Source of the DNA: Spirogloea muscicola
Taxonomy: Eukaryota
Assembly (NCBI GenBank): GCA_009602725.1
Contig: WELB01000022.1
Location: 836,589-900,588, forward strand
DNA length: 64,000 bases
Direction of reading: 5' to 3'
Below the pieces are notes generated by a model. That model ran no database searches, had not been told where the DNA came from, and saw only the letters and a program-made list of their open reading frames with translations. Position numbers and translations under genes: made by a program. Positions 30,975 to 49,399 of the stretch are shown here, one piece after another. The first letter of the stretch is position 1. Each line of letters starts with the position of its first letter.

Positions 30975-33690
30975 GCCGCCTCCAGCCTAGCTTCTGACCT
31001 AAGGCTGCTTAGCAGGGGTTACTGAACGATACGTAGCTGCTTTGTTGCTTGTTGTGCTTGTTTTTCTTAGCGCTTCCCCTGGCCCCCTTCTCGTGCTTTT
31101 TTGGGCTGGCTTTTCCAGCCCCCATCCTCAATGGGCGAGCCCTTTCTGGCGCCCTCTTGGTAACCAAGTTGAATAATTCAACTGTCTTCATGTCCTTTCT
31201 TATTGATCATCCAACATGCTCCCGCGCTGCCCCCGTGCTGTGCTGGCCGGCTGCTGGGAAGCTGGCCTGGGCGGCCAGCGACCGTTGGCATGGACAGCAA
31301 GGTGAGCTGCAGCGGCTTCGACTCTGCCAAGTCGCTCGCCCAGGTGTTCCGTATGCGGCTATCCATCTCCTTCCGCCCTTCCCCCGGCTCATGCAGTGCA
31401 TTTGCGGGCAGGTCGCGCCTTGGCTGCTACTTCTGAGTTTCGTCGGGGTGCCTCTTTTCCAGCTGCAAGTTACTCCAACGTGCGGCTGCTGACACGGGGG
31501 TTACTAAGCTCCCATTCGCTTTGCATAGCTGTGTAGTTTTGGCGCCTCTCTTCTTTCGGCCCTCAGGACCTTGTCCACTCTTTCTGGGCTGGCTTTCACA
31601 GCCCCTGCCCCGCTTCTGAAGAGCTCACTTTGCCGCCACGGCCAAACGCACCCTGGACACAACCTACTGGACATTGCTCCGTTCTTTCGAATTGGCCCTT
31701 GTTGGCCTCCTAAAGATGCACTGTTTCACAGGAGACATCTGTGACGACCTTCGCTAACCGCTGTGCGCCTACGGCAGTGATAGTGCGAAGTTGACGGCCA
31801 GCAGAGCCTCAGAACGACGCCGCGCGGCAGCGAGCACCAGCTGACGCGGCCCGCCGGCCCTCGCTGATCACCGCTGGGCTTCATCGCGCCGCTCAGTGCA
31901 AAAGTGAATGTGGCCCTTACGAAGTGCTGTGAGCTGCAAGCCCAACAGGAAGTGCACATAACTTGGGGTGCGGCAATGCCAGCAGAGGTAGCTGGCGAGG
32001 CACAGCACGTACCTGGTACTGTATCTTTAATATGCCATGTAGGTACTGCCAATAGTCAGGCTTATGTTTCTGCAATCATGTGTATGGAACGGGGGACCTG
32101 GAACGACAAAGTAGCTTCTCCAAAGTGGGCAAGGGCTGCAGAGGGCCAGCCCGCTAAACAATGACAAGGTCTGGATCAGACAGAAAATGATAGCACGCAG
32201 AACAACAATGGATCACCAAAAATAGCTGCTCAGTAACCCCTCAATAGCAGCCGCAAGTCGGGGAACTTCAGCATTCAAATAGCAGCTCCCCTGCGGATAC
32301 TTGGAGGCGGCAACCAGGGCACGTTCTGCACGCAGATGCCAAGCGTGAGCCAAGAAAAGAGTAAGATCTCTTTCAATGTAAGGCAAGGGCTCTGAGAGGC
32401 CAGCCTAAAAGAAAAACAAGGCCAAAGGGCCAGGAGGCGTAAGTGTGACTACTTCAATTGACTTCTGCGATAGACGCTCTGCTAACTAATGTCCAGTCAA
32501 CAAGTGCCGATCGAAATTACTAGGGGCGGGAAAGCGACGCCCTGTCAGAACCGGGAGGCAGCAGCCAAGACGGCTGGAGTAGGTTGAGCCAGCAAGGCCT
32601 CAACGCCCTGTGGACATCGACTGCAAGAAAAAGGAAGCTTTCCCAAGGGGCCGATGGCTGCACATGACCAGCCCATACAAGGTTGACAAGGTCCCAAAGA
32701 GGCGGGAAGAAGAACAGACTCTTCCAGTAGAGGGCGATGGCTGTGAAAGCGGCTAGCACGCTGGAAAGGGGCGCCAAAGAGCGACCTGCACCGGAGCCCC
32801 TGAAACAGAGAAGTGGGGCTGGCAAAGCCAGCCCAAAAAAGAATGGACAATGTCCAAAGCCGAAGAAAGAGGAGCCGGAAAAAGGACGACACTACAAAAC
32901 ACTGCAGAACACATAGACGATGCAGAGGGAAGCTCAGTACCCACGAGTGAGCAACATCAGGTCTGAGTAGCTCGCTGCAGGGAAAGAGGCATTCCGTCGA
33001 GACCCAGAGGCCGGACCCTGAAACCGGACCCAATAAGACCCCTGGGAAGCGTAACTCCGTGTGGGGGTTCCCCGGTTCGGTTCGGTTCGATTCGGTTCGA
33101 TTCGGTTCAGTTCGATTTTCGGTTCGGGGGTTTAGGGCGCACCCGCCCACTGCGCACTACGTCACTCGGGCTCCCCGGGTGGGAAGCGGACAAAGCGAGC
33201 TGACGACTTGCTGCCGTAGGCAAGAGCTTGTCACGTGCCGCTCGCCGCCCAATGGCACAGACGGAGAGGCAAGCTCTTCCAATGTAGGGCCGAAGTGTGC
33301 AGCCAAGGAGGAGCGGGCGCTGGCACCCTCAAGGAAGTTGCCTTGCACTTGCGACACACTAGCTATCTACTGGCGTGCTTTGGAGTCCCCTTGAGCCTAT
33401 CCCCCCCCCGGCCTTCCTTCTAGGCTGGCCTTTTACAGCCCTTGTCCCCTTTGGGAGCGCCACTGACTCTCGCAGCCCCTCGCTGCCAGCTTCGTCCGCT
33501 TTCTTCTTCTTTCACAGCCACCGTCTCCTTGTTCATTCTTTCAGGGCTGGCTTTTCACCAGCCCCGCCCCCTTTGAACTAGTTCACTCTCTTTCAAGAGC
33601 CTCTGCCTGTGGACACGGCTGGCCCTTTGTTCATTGTTTTTTGGGCTGGCTTTCTCCGGCACCTATCCTCAATGGCGCCCTCCCTTGGCG
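30975..33690. mobile_element. Further CRE-clade 3' fragments interspersed with unassigned sequence
   Basis: ORF ends plus UTRs at ~30975-31150(+), 31230-31630(+), 32120-32430(-), 32810-33012(-), 33410-33690(+). Confidence 0.8.
33061..33137 (+). repeat. (GGTTC/GATTC)n pentamer array ending in GGGTTTAGGG
   Basis: cggttcggttcggttcgattcggttcgattcggttcagttcgattttcggttcgggggtttaggg read directly. Confidence 0.8.
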
Positions 33691-34281
33691 ACAGCCGGCT
33701 TTGGCAAGAGATGAGGAGAAACTGAGTTGTTGCGGTGCCCGCTCGCCTTCCGCTATCAGAGTGTCTCGAAGTTCGTCGAATCGTCAGGCTCAAGGTTTGG
33801 GTTGAGGGGTGCGCAGAGCGGGCAGGCCTGAAGAGGACAAGGCCACTTGCAATCAGGGCTCCGGACTTTGCGGCGAACGGGGCCCACGTGATGGGCCCGG
33901 GCCGCATTGGGTTGGCTCCGGCCGGCCGCCCCGAGCCGTACCAACCAGAGGGGGCCGGCCCGGCCCGCGGTCCTTGTCGCGTAGCGTCGGAAATGATTGC
34001 CCGCCGCGGCGGTCGGCCGCAGGGCGGCTGTCGCGACACGGGGGGGGTGGCATGTGCGGCGGCGAAGTTTGCGGCCCCCGGCGGAGGATTCCCCCGGCCG
34101 GGGCCGGCCGGGACCCCGGCGGGACCCCCCGCCCGGCGCCGCGCCGCCGCCGCCGTCGGCCCCTTTGACGGCACGCCGCTTCTCCACAGCCGCAAGCCCC
34201 TTCCGACGGCAGCAGCGCCGTCACATCATGTAGCGGCAGCCGCAGCCGAGCTCCACCAGCGCCTCCATCGCCCGTCCCGCC

Positions 34282-35238
<957 letters not shown>

Positions 35239-35882
35239 CCTGTCATATACACTGCTTAGTCCATCTTGCATCGACCCACTCGCCAATAAGCCTGCCATGC
35301 ATGTCAGCAAGCTAGTGCTTCTTCAAGTGCTAGGCCACGAACAGGCGGAGCTAGGCTGGTGAGGTGGGTTAGCAGTAGTGCCATCGTAGAGTGCGCGGGC
35401 ATTTCATCATGTGTCTGCAGCCAGACCTAGCTTCTTGCCGCTACATGATGAAAGGCCGGCTTACTAAAACAGAGCTCTGCGCCTGCTTGTAAGCATGTCG
35501 TCAGGTCCATGTCTGATCAACAATAGATACTTTTCATGCATTCTGCAACTGCTTTTCAGTGCCGACCCCTCCTACTTCACATGCTCCTTCCTACTTTGGG
35601 AAGCTCCAAAAGCATGCAACATTAAGAATTTTCCCTTCATTGACCGCCCCAATGTGTGCTGTATTTACTAAGTCGCACAGCAAATCACCAGGTCTGCAAC
35701 TTTCAAGGTGGCTAAAAGGAATGCGCCCATACGAGCCTGATCTAACCGACATGCGGGTGAACCCTCCGGCTAGAGAGAAGCTGTGTGTACGCAATGCAGG
35801 GTGTGCTACATGTGACCTGCAACAGCTAGGCAACAGGGCCACTGGTCGTGCATTGTGGTACAATACAGGCGCATGGCCAGAC

Positions 35883-38800
35883 TCAGTTGCAGAAGAGCTT
35901 GATAGTGCTGTCAGCACCAGCTGTGAGGAGCCAAGGCTGAGTTGGGTGGAACACGCAATCCAACACGCCTGATAGGTGCCAGTGAGCGGGAAGAAACATC
36001 CAGACGACAATGAGCACAAGCAAGCCACAGCACTCTTTCAGTCACATCTGGTGGTAAGCATATGGCCTCTTGAGCTGCTGCCCACTGAGCCAGCATGCAC
36101 GATACTCTGATGCAAGAGAGTTGCTGAAGCTGAGAGTCTCAATTGAGAGAAGCACAGTTGTTCAACCTCTAGGCTGGCATGAACTGCAGTGAAGACGTGC
36201 TCTGCCGATGCACTCACCTTGATGGCGCGTTACTGAGTGTCCCCTCAGTATCTTCACAGGCACAATCAAGGGATTCTGCAGAAGATCCGAATACACCATG
36301 CCATGGAACACGTGCGCAGTACTATCATCCGAACAAGAGGCAAAGAGGGGGTAGGTCTTGTGAAAGGCAACTGCCCTCAAGCCCTGCTCGTGATTCCTGC
36401 ACGGCTCAAATGAAGACCTTGCATGAGAGTCAAAGCAGCAAAAAGCTAGTCACTCGCTAGTTACTTTGGCTAGTCACTTTGGCTAGTCACGCAGTGATAT
36501 AACACGACTCGTGCAACCAAAGCCAGTGTAGCATCTTCACTAATGAGCACTTTCAGAGGTCAATGTCAATTTTGCAAGATAATTTCACCTTAACAAGTCA
36601 AGGCCTTAAGGACCTCGCTTGGCTTATCAGGTGCATTGTCAAAGCTTGTTTTGCACTCTTCAGATACAAATGATCAACCAGACTTTCACCTTAGTGTGCG
36701 GTAAGGCTTTGTGGAGAGATCCATGTCGAACCATATCAATCGCATGTCCTTGCTGCCCACAATCAGGTTGTCACCTGCCCTCACAGCAAATCCCACAATG
36801 CAAAGAGACATCAGGCCTATTTATAACCACAGTGTAGCCTGCTGGATAATACCATCTTGAGAATATACTAAGCACACTAATATGTCAGCTCACAGTGTCT
36901 CCTGTAGACTCTCGTTCTGTTACTGTAGAAGGAGCTCACGTAGATCGCTCCTAGTAAGACGAGGCACATGTCACAAGAAAGCGGTCAAGACAGAAAGAAC
37001 TGCCAAAGCTTGCTAGTCTGCAGGATGCGACGTTACCTCCAGGATGGATGGCCATGCAGGAAATGAGGTTGACTCCAACCAAGAGTTTCTTGGCCAGCTC
37101 CTGCTTTGCCAGATTGTACACTCTGACATGCGATTTTGTGGCGACAAAGAAGAATGGCCTAGAGGGGTGGAAGAGCACACTCTCTACTCTGCCAAAGTTC
37201 TTCTTGAATGGGTTCTGGGTGAGCTGCTTTGAGAGTTGGTGAATGAGCACTGCCCTCGTCTCCCGTGTTACAATCAAGTCAAGGTACTTTGCAGTTGATT
37301 GAAACAAAGAGAAACAAGCGTTGTTCATCATACTTCATAACAAGATCTCTAAAACACAGGCACACTGGCAAGTGACAGGCACACTGGTAGGTGGTCAAGG
37401 TCCTCTCTACAATGAATCACTGAAGAAGCAAAAGCAAGGGTGTAACTTAAGGATAGCACTTGGATGGCAACACCAGTCCAACATTGAAGAGGATATCTTT
37501 TGGAGCCAACGTGGCAAAGTAGTCGCCCTTGTGGTGCCACGAGATTGACTGCACATCCTGTGTATACAGTATAGATTATTTGAGTGTTTGTCAGAGAGCA
37601 TGTGCAGCTCAAGGTATGATACTTCGAAGCAGGATCAGGACCAAAGTGAACACGGGATGAGAGGCGTTAGTGTGTATGTATATGTAACCACTATGCACTA
37701 CATATGGACACTTTATACACACTAACATATATATACACTGTGTATATATAAGACTCTAAAGGACAGGTGCATTGCCTGGGCAATGCCAGGTGTGTACTTC
37801 TTCATCATGCTCTACAGCATCTGCGAAAGGCTAAGCAATGCTACTTCATAGCGTGGAGATGACCTCTGAGTGACTGATTTGCAGGCCTTTCCCCTGCCCA
37901 TAAGGTTCCCATTGCGTTGATCCCAGTTTACCTGAAACCAAACCCCATAGCTTGTCAAGCACTCTGTCCTGTACTGCTCTCGTGGTTCCGGGTTGCAATC
38001 ACAAGTGCCTCTACTACCGGAGCCAAACCAGAGGCCAAGAGTCCAAGCTCATGATTTGATTACCACTTTCAAGTATGTGAACACTGTGCGATTTGTAACA
38101 GCATTGACAAATATAGAAAGGAGCAAGTAAAAGGTGGACTGACCGCTTGTCAAGGACTTGGGCTGGCTCGCGAATCGAAGAAGAGCAGTAGCTGTTGCCT
38201 GCTCGGACACAGTTCCTGTGCCCGAGCCAACAAGGACAACCACCTTCCCCCTGTGCAAAGGAGTTTGGACTATTTTAGCAACTTACGTCAAGCACACTGC
38301 TGTTCAACAGTAGTGCAGCCCAAGTGATGCAAGCACTTGGTCAGACAGTGTGCACGTCGTAGTGAGGAGGTTGGGAGATCACAGTTCATGTGACATAATT
38401 TAAGACAAGTGTCAAGTACAATGGGGTTGATAGTCGGTATTGTCAATATGCCATGTCAATTACGTGCAAGAACTCACATGGCTACTGCAAGAAGCGGTGT
38501 CTGACGATTAGGACAACAGGCGATGTTGTTGACTTTGGCATCTCCAAAGTCCCACACATGCCGGCACCTGGCCGTCTGTATCTCCCAAAGCCGCACAGTC
38601 CCGTCATGTGAACCTGCAAACACCAACAAACTACATGAGGTATATAGCAGGGATGCTATTGTGCGCTTTCCACCATCAGATATACATAGAGCCCGGAGGA
38701 GTCTGAAAACTCTGTTACGAGTGTTGCTGGTCCTAGAGAAGAGCGACGAGAGGGCAACTTGCATCAGCCTACTTTTAACGTTAAAGAATCATTGGCACGC

Positions 38801-41800
38801 ATTGGCGAGCCATCACATGTAAGACAGTCCTCATTTGCAAGGTACTCACTCGCTCTCCACAACAATCACATCCAACACCTGCTCAAACTAGAAGCTTCTT
38901 CGATGTGCCAACTGCCCTAAGATACAGTGTGATGCGAAGGTCAACATTTGTGCTATTAAGCAGTACTGGGGGTCACATCGAGACTTCCCATAAGACGACC
39001 TACCTGAAGCAAAATACTCTCCACCTGGATCTGTTGATATCGAGCACACTGCACTAGTGTGGCCTCTGTACTCCAGGTACTCTGTTGTAGGGAAAGGGCG
39101 CAAGTCTCGTGGCTTCGGCAGCTTCGGTATCAGACTCTCAGGGTTGATATTAATCTACACACAATTAACAGATAATTGAAGTGGATCACACATCTTGGCA
39201 TTGATGATGTATTTCTACGGTCCTGCACGAAACCTGCTTGACAGTTATCTTCTCCCTAATCACTACCAACTTTGAAGAACTGCCCTCCAAGTGTGCTTGC
39301 ACTGGAGCAATTTAATGACTGGACTCAAGACCTGCATGCAGCGTACTTGACCACTTCAGCATGTTGATCCTCATGTTGAGTCTGAACGCTTAGCAACCCA
39401 AGTGACAGTGACAAGTAGGACAACGTCAACCCTTGAAGGCAACACGATGCTCAGGAATGCAGCACCCACCCTGGTCTTTCGCGTCCTGGGGCATAAATAG
39501 AGGTCCAAGCATCTCTCGAAACGCTCCTTTATGAAGTCCGCATATGCCGGTATCTTCCTGAATGCATCTATTCTGCCACCCATTAAGAAGCCAACAATTG
39601 TTCGTTACAATGGTATCTTGCTGTTTGAACAGAGACATGAACCATCTGGGCTCTCCATGAGAACACCGTCTGGCTCACAATATGCTTGACTTGATTCCTT
39701 TCTTTGCTGACCTTCAGAATACAGTCTACACCTAAAGGCTTCAGACAAGTACTTGCATGTTGGATCAAGTGCAAACAACCCCCAGGGGCAGTGTCCTTGG
39801 CACTACTTGATCTCAGAAACTACAAAGTACATGTGAAGTGGGAGCACCTACTTCTCAGGCACAAAAGATGGTCGATCCTCTTCATACATGAGCTGGTAAG
39901 ACTTCTTCTCCTCTTCTGTTGGAAGATACTCAATAGGTGGGTTGTATGACTCCTCATGGCCTGTGAATGCTGGTACTCAATGAGAACTCTGCTCTCTGAG
40001 GCACGCAATAAGTCAAGTATGCAATACTACTATAAACTGCACATGGTCAACTATGTGTCGAGTCCTAATTACATGTATTACCAAGACATTAAGCTGTTGG
40101 ACTCAACCAAGAACATCCAAGACTTGGAGGATTGCAACTAGGCTTTTCTGCATTTGACCCAGTCAAGTACCTGGAAGCTTGGGCTTTGGAGCTGGAATGT
40201 ATGTTAGACCATTGGCAGCCTTCTGCGCAGCTTTGAGGTCATCTCCCCAGAGCAGGTATATTTTGGGCTTCTCCTTGGGCTTGTCCAACTTTAGCCAGCC
40301 CTTGCGCATGGCTCTCACAAGTTTGACAACCTATGAAGACAAGGTTTAGAAAAGGAATTGGTGTTGAGCTCTGCACATATGGTAACTAAAGATTCTCTCC
40401 ACAAATCTTGTGAACTGGCAGATGGGAAGTAAAGTCCAACCCTTGGATACAATGAGGAGCAATCATCCTATACCTGCTTGGCCTCCCACTTTGAAGGGAT
40501 AAAGCGCCGCTTAGGCTCCGGTGCATTAGACAGAGGATGCCCTTTTCCATCCCAATCAAACCAGTCCACATATGGCTGCAGGGAGGCAGGCAGTCATGAA
40601 TCTTTTCAGTAAAAGCTTCAACAGTCACAGTTTGATTTACTTCATGAGTAGGAGTCAGACCGATGCTGTTCAGGGACTTTCTGCATTGCAAAATTACGTC
40701 CAGGGATGCAGCGCGGGTTTGCACACCTCGTAGGGATTGACTTCGGCATGAGGAATGCGCCCCTCCCTGATTCGACGGATGACATCTACCTCGTCCTTTG
40801 TGAGCTCCACCTCCTCGTCATTGTACTCATCGTAAACCCGTCTCCTGTCAGCGTGTTGTTATTGGTCAACTTGCGCTTACATGTGCAATAGGTGCCACTA
40901 TATCACCACAGCCATTACAGCGAACCTCAGAAGTCAATCACTGAGAGCAGCTTCTGATTATGGAGAAAGTTGTTGGACTATATGGTGAAGAGCAGCTCCA
41001 ACATTTGAGCTCATTAGGCAGCTTCCAAAGGAGTCTAGTAAGGTCCTCATACTGACCAGCTCTTGGCATCATCGGCCCTTGTCAAGAAGTCGTCTAGTTT
41101 GTCCCTCCGGGCGGACTTGATGATCTTCTCTCCTTGCAGTGTGTATCCAATGTGGGGCTCTGTCTTGTACCAGACAAGAGGCACGTTGCCCACCGTATTC
41201 CTTGATGGCCTCTGCCAGAAGGCCACAAAGGCATACCACGTACGCCACCTCAGGTCAGCGACTCTACAGATGGCAGTACATCTGTCAAAGCCCAGACAAC
41301 CTCAGCGCTCATGATTTTGACCACATACAGTAACTGAGATCGTATTTAATAATGCTCACTAACACTTACAAGCGCTCCAACAAGCCTTTAACCCCCTCCC
41401 TCTACCCCCACCCCCTCTCCCCCATACCCCCCCCCCTCGGCGGCCCTAGCTAACCTCGCACTACAAGACCACTCGAGAGGCAATAAATCGAATGAACATT
41501 ATTGAAGAACTCTTGATGACCACTGTGAGTACGTTCGAAGTCGACAGTCCTTGTAGACTTCTGGAGGTCGGTAGCCACGTACATCACTACCTCCTTCCAA
41601 AACCCTGCGAATTGGCAAACTCCTGCACAAACCCTATCTTACACCTCTCAAGGAATGTCCCAGGACCTCTCACTCCTCGTGGCCCCCTCTTCTTGAGCTA
41701 CGTAGAAACTGGCTCTAACGGCTGAAATCTGGACGGTGGTTTTCAGGCTGGCCCATACTTCATCCTCCGACGAGTCACTCTCCTGCCCACTGGTGGAGGG

Positions 41801-42220
41801 GGCACCAAGGTCGCTGCCACCGTCTGCTCCATCTCTCAGCCCGTCTGCCTCGTCGTCAGCCGCCCTCCAGGAGTCCTCGTCACCGCCTTCTACACCACCA
41901 TCATCGTCGGCGTGGTCGTGCCTCGACTGGATGTAGGATGACAGGGCCTGCTGGATCTCCTCCAAGTCCTCTCGCTCGTCACCGTCGTCTGCCTCCTCGT
42001 CCTCCTCGCTGAGCTCGCCGCTGCCGTCGGAGAGCCCGTCGTCTGACGAGGACAGCTTCAGCACGCCCTCCTCCTCCTCCTCGCCGTCGTTCCCCCTGGC
42101 GTTGTCGTTTGCCGCACCTTCATCGATTGGAAGTGCTGGCCGCGCATCGTCGGCTGCGTGCGCCTCGCTCGCCAGCTCCGTGGCAGTCTGCGACCTGGTC
42201 TTGCGCCTGAGCTCCACCAT
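35883..42220 (-). CDS. BOP1: Ribosome biogenesis protein BOP1/ERB1 (BOP1NT + WD40); about 17 exons
   Basis: [113 protein letters not shown]. Confidence 0.96.
37265..37496 (-). other. U12-type (minor spliceosome) AT-AC intron in BOP1
   Basis: 5' ATATCCTC, branch site TACCTTGAC about 14 nt from the 3' end, terminal AC; removal gives in-frame [17 protein letters not shown]. Confidence 0.93.
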
Positions 42221-42374
42221 CCCCGAAGCAGGAGACGGCTTCGGCTACAGTCGCGGCTCTCCAGGCAATCGCAGCCGCGCCGACATCGCCGCGGGCTCGC
42301 CGAGGCTCTCCGGACCAGAAGCCCTCACGCCAGGCTCAGCGCCTCGGCTCGAGGCCGCAGCCGACGGGCCGCCC

Positions 42375-42407
<33 letters not shown>

Positions 42408-42693
42408 AAGTCAAATGTGAATGAGGGAGGAAAGGCGGAAGCGGCTGGGTTCAAGGATTTAAGGACTGACGGGAAACGGGCGTGTCCCTTAACGGCGCTT
42501 GGCGGCGCCCAATGGCGATTTCAAATCCACCCAGCACTTAGCTCGGTACAGTCCATTCTCCGGCCCCTGTCAGCCCTGTCGGCGCCGCCGCCATTGCCGC
42601 CGCCGCCGCCTCCGCCGCGGCTCGGGGCCGCGAGCGCAGCGATGGCCCTCCGGCGCTAGACCTGGCTGCGCCTGCTGCGGCCGCTCGGCGCCG
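42221..42693. promoter_or_regulatory. Probable bidirectional promoter and 5' UTRs between BOP1 and RECQL3
   Basis: Divergent ATGs 473 bp apart; less GC-rich core (~42410-42560) flanked by (GCC)n tracts. Confidence 0.6.
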
Positions 42694-48574
<5,881 letters not shown>

Positions 48575-49399
48575 TGTGGCGCATACATCCACCTGTCCAC
48601 ACGGGCACTGCTGACTATGATCGCCGCAGAGTATCCCCGGATAAAGCTCTGTCTCCTCAGCAGGGTCCATTCTCGTTCACAAGCTCCTCATTTCAGCCCA
48701 CATCCTTTTGGCCAGTATCCATTCAGGTTGGCCACAGCCTCTTCGACATTGTGCAGCAGCTCACCAGCTGATTTGCATCATGGCCTCTGGGGGACATTAT
48801 CGAAAAGAAAGGCAGATTGTGCACAGGCTTGGGACTTCAGCCCCCTACAAAGTGCCAATTGTCCTCTCCCCCCTCCTCCAGCCCTCTTCCCCACCCGTCC
48901 AAAGGCCACCCACAAGTCACTAACACTTGCACGGACCAAGTGCTGGCTGCTGCAATGTCTTATTTACCGCCCTTTCAGCTGCTGCATTCACCAGCTGAGA
49001 GCTAGCAATGACAGCGGCCAAGGCAGCCAGCTGCTTATCTTGCCGGATCGCAGATTGGTGCTACAGAGCTCAAGCCATCAGTGAGTACCAAGACTTCAAG
49101 TCGACTTCAAGACAACGTGGTAAGACCTTGCTGGAGGGTGAACTACAGTGCAACCTCCTCGAAATGGACAAAGAATTTTGGACAACCAATGGAGGGAGCC
49201 TCAGTTTCTGCCAGGGCTGCCGTTCACTGTCTCACAGCTGCAGGCAGAGTGGCCTTTGCTGCCACCAGCACCAGTTGCAACTGCCGGCATGCCACAAGAA
49301 CGTGCATGGCTGCATTGATCCTTGTTGGCAGCTGAGTGCCCGCCCCCGGTCTAAGAGAGAAGGAGGCACGGACAAAACTCTGGAGGCACAAGACAGCCG

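Noticed and set aside
36445..36490. 13-bp tandem repeat (GCTAGTCACTTTG) in BOP1 intron
   Set aside because: Ordinary short minisatellite with no further structure.
37670..37752. Alternating purine-pyrimidine AT-rich tract in BOP1 intron
   Set aside because: Degenerate (TA/CA) low-complexity sequence; no evidence of function.
41388..41440. C-rich tract (G-quadruplex potential on BOP1 pre-mRNA)
   Set aside because: Such tracts are common in this GC-rich genome; nothing distinguishes it.
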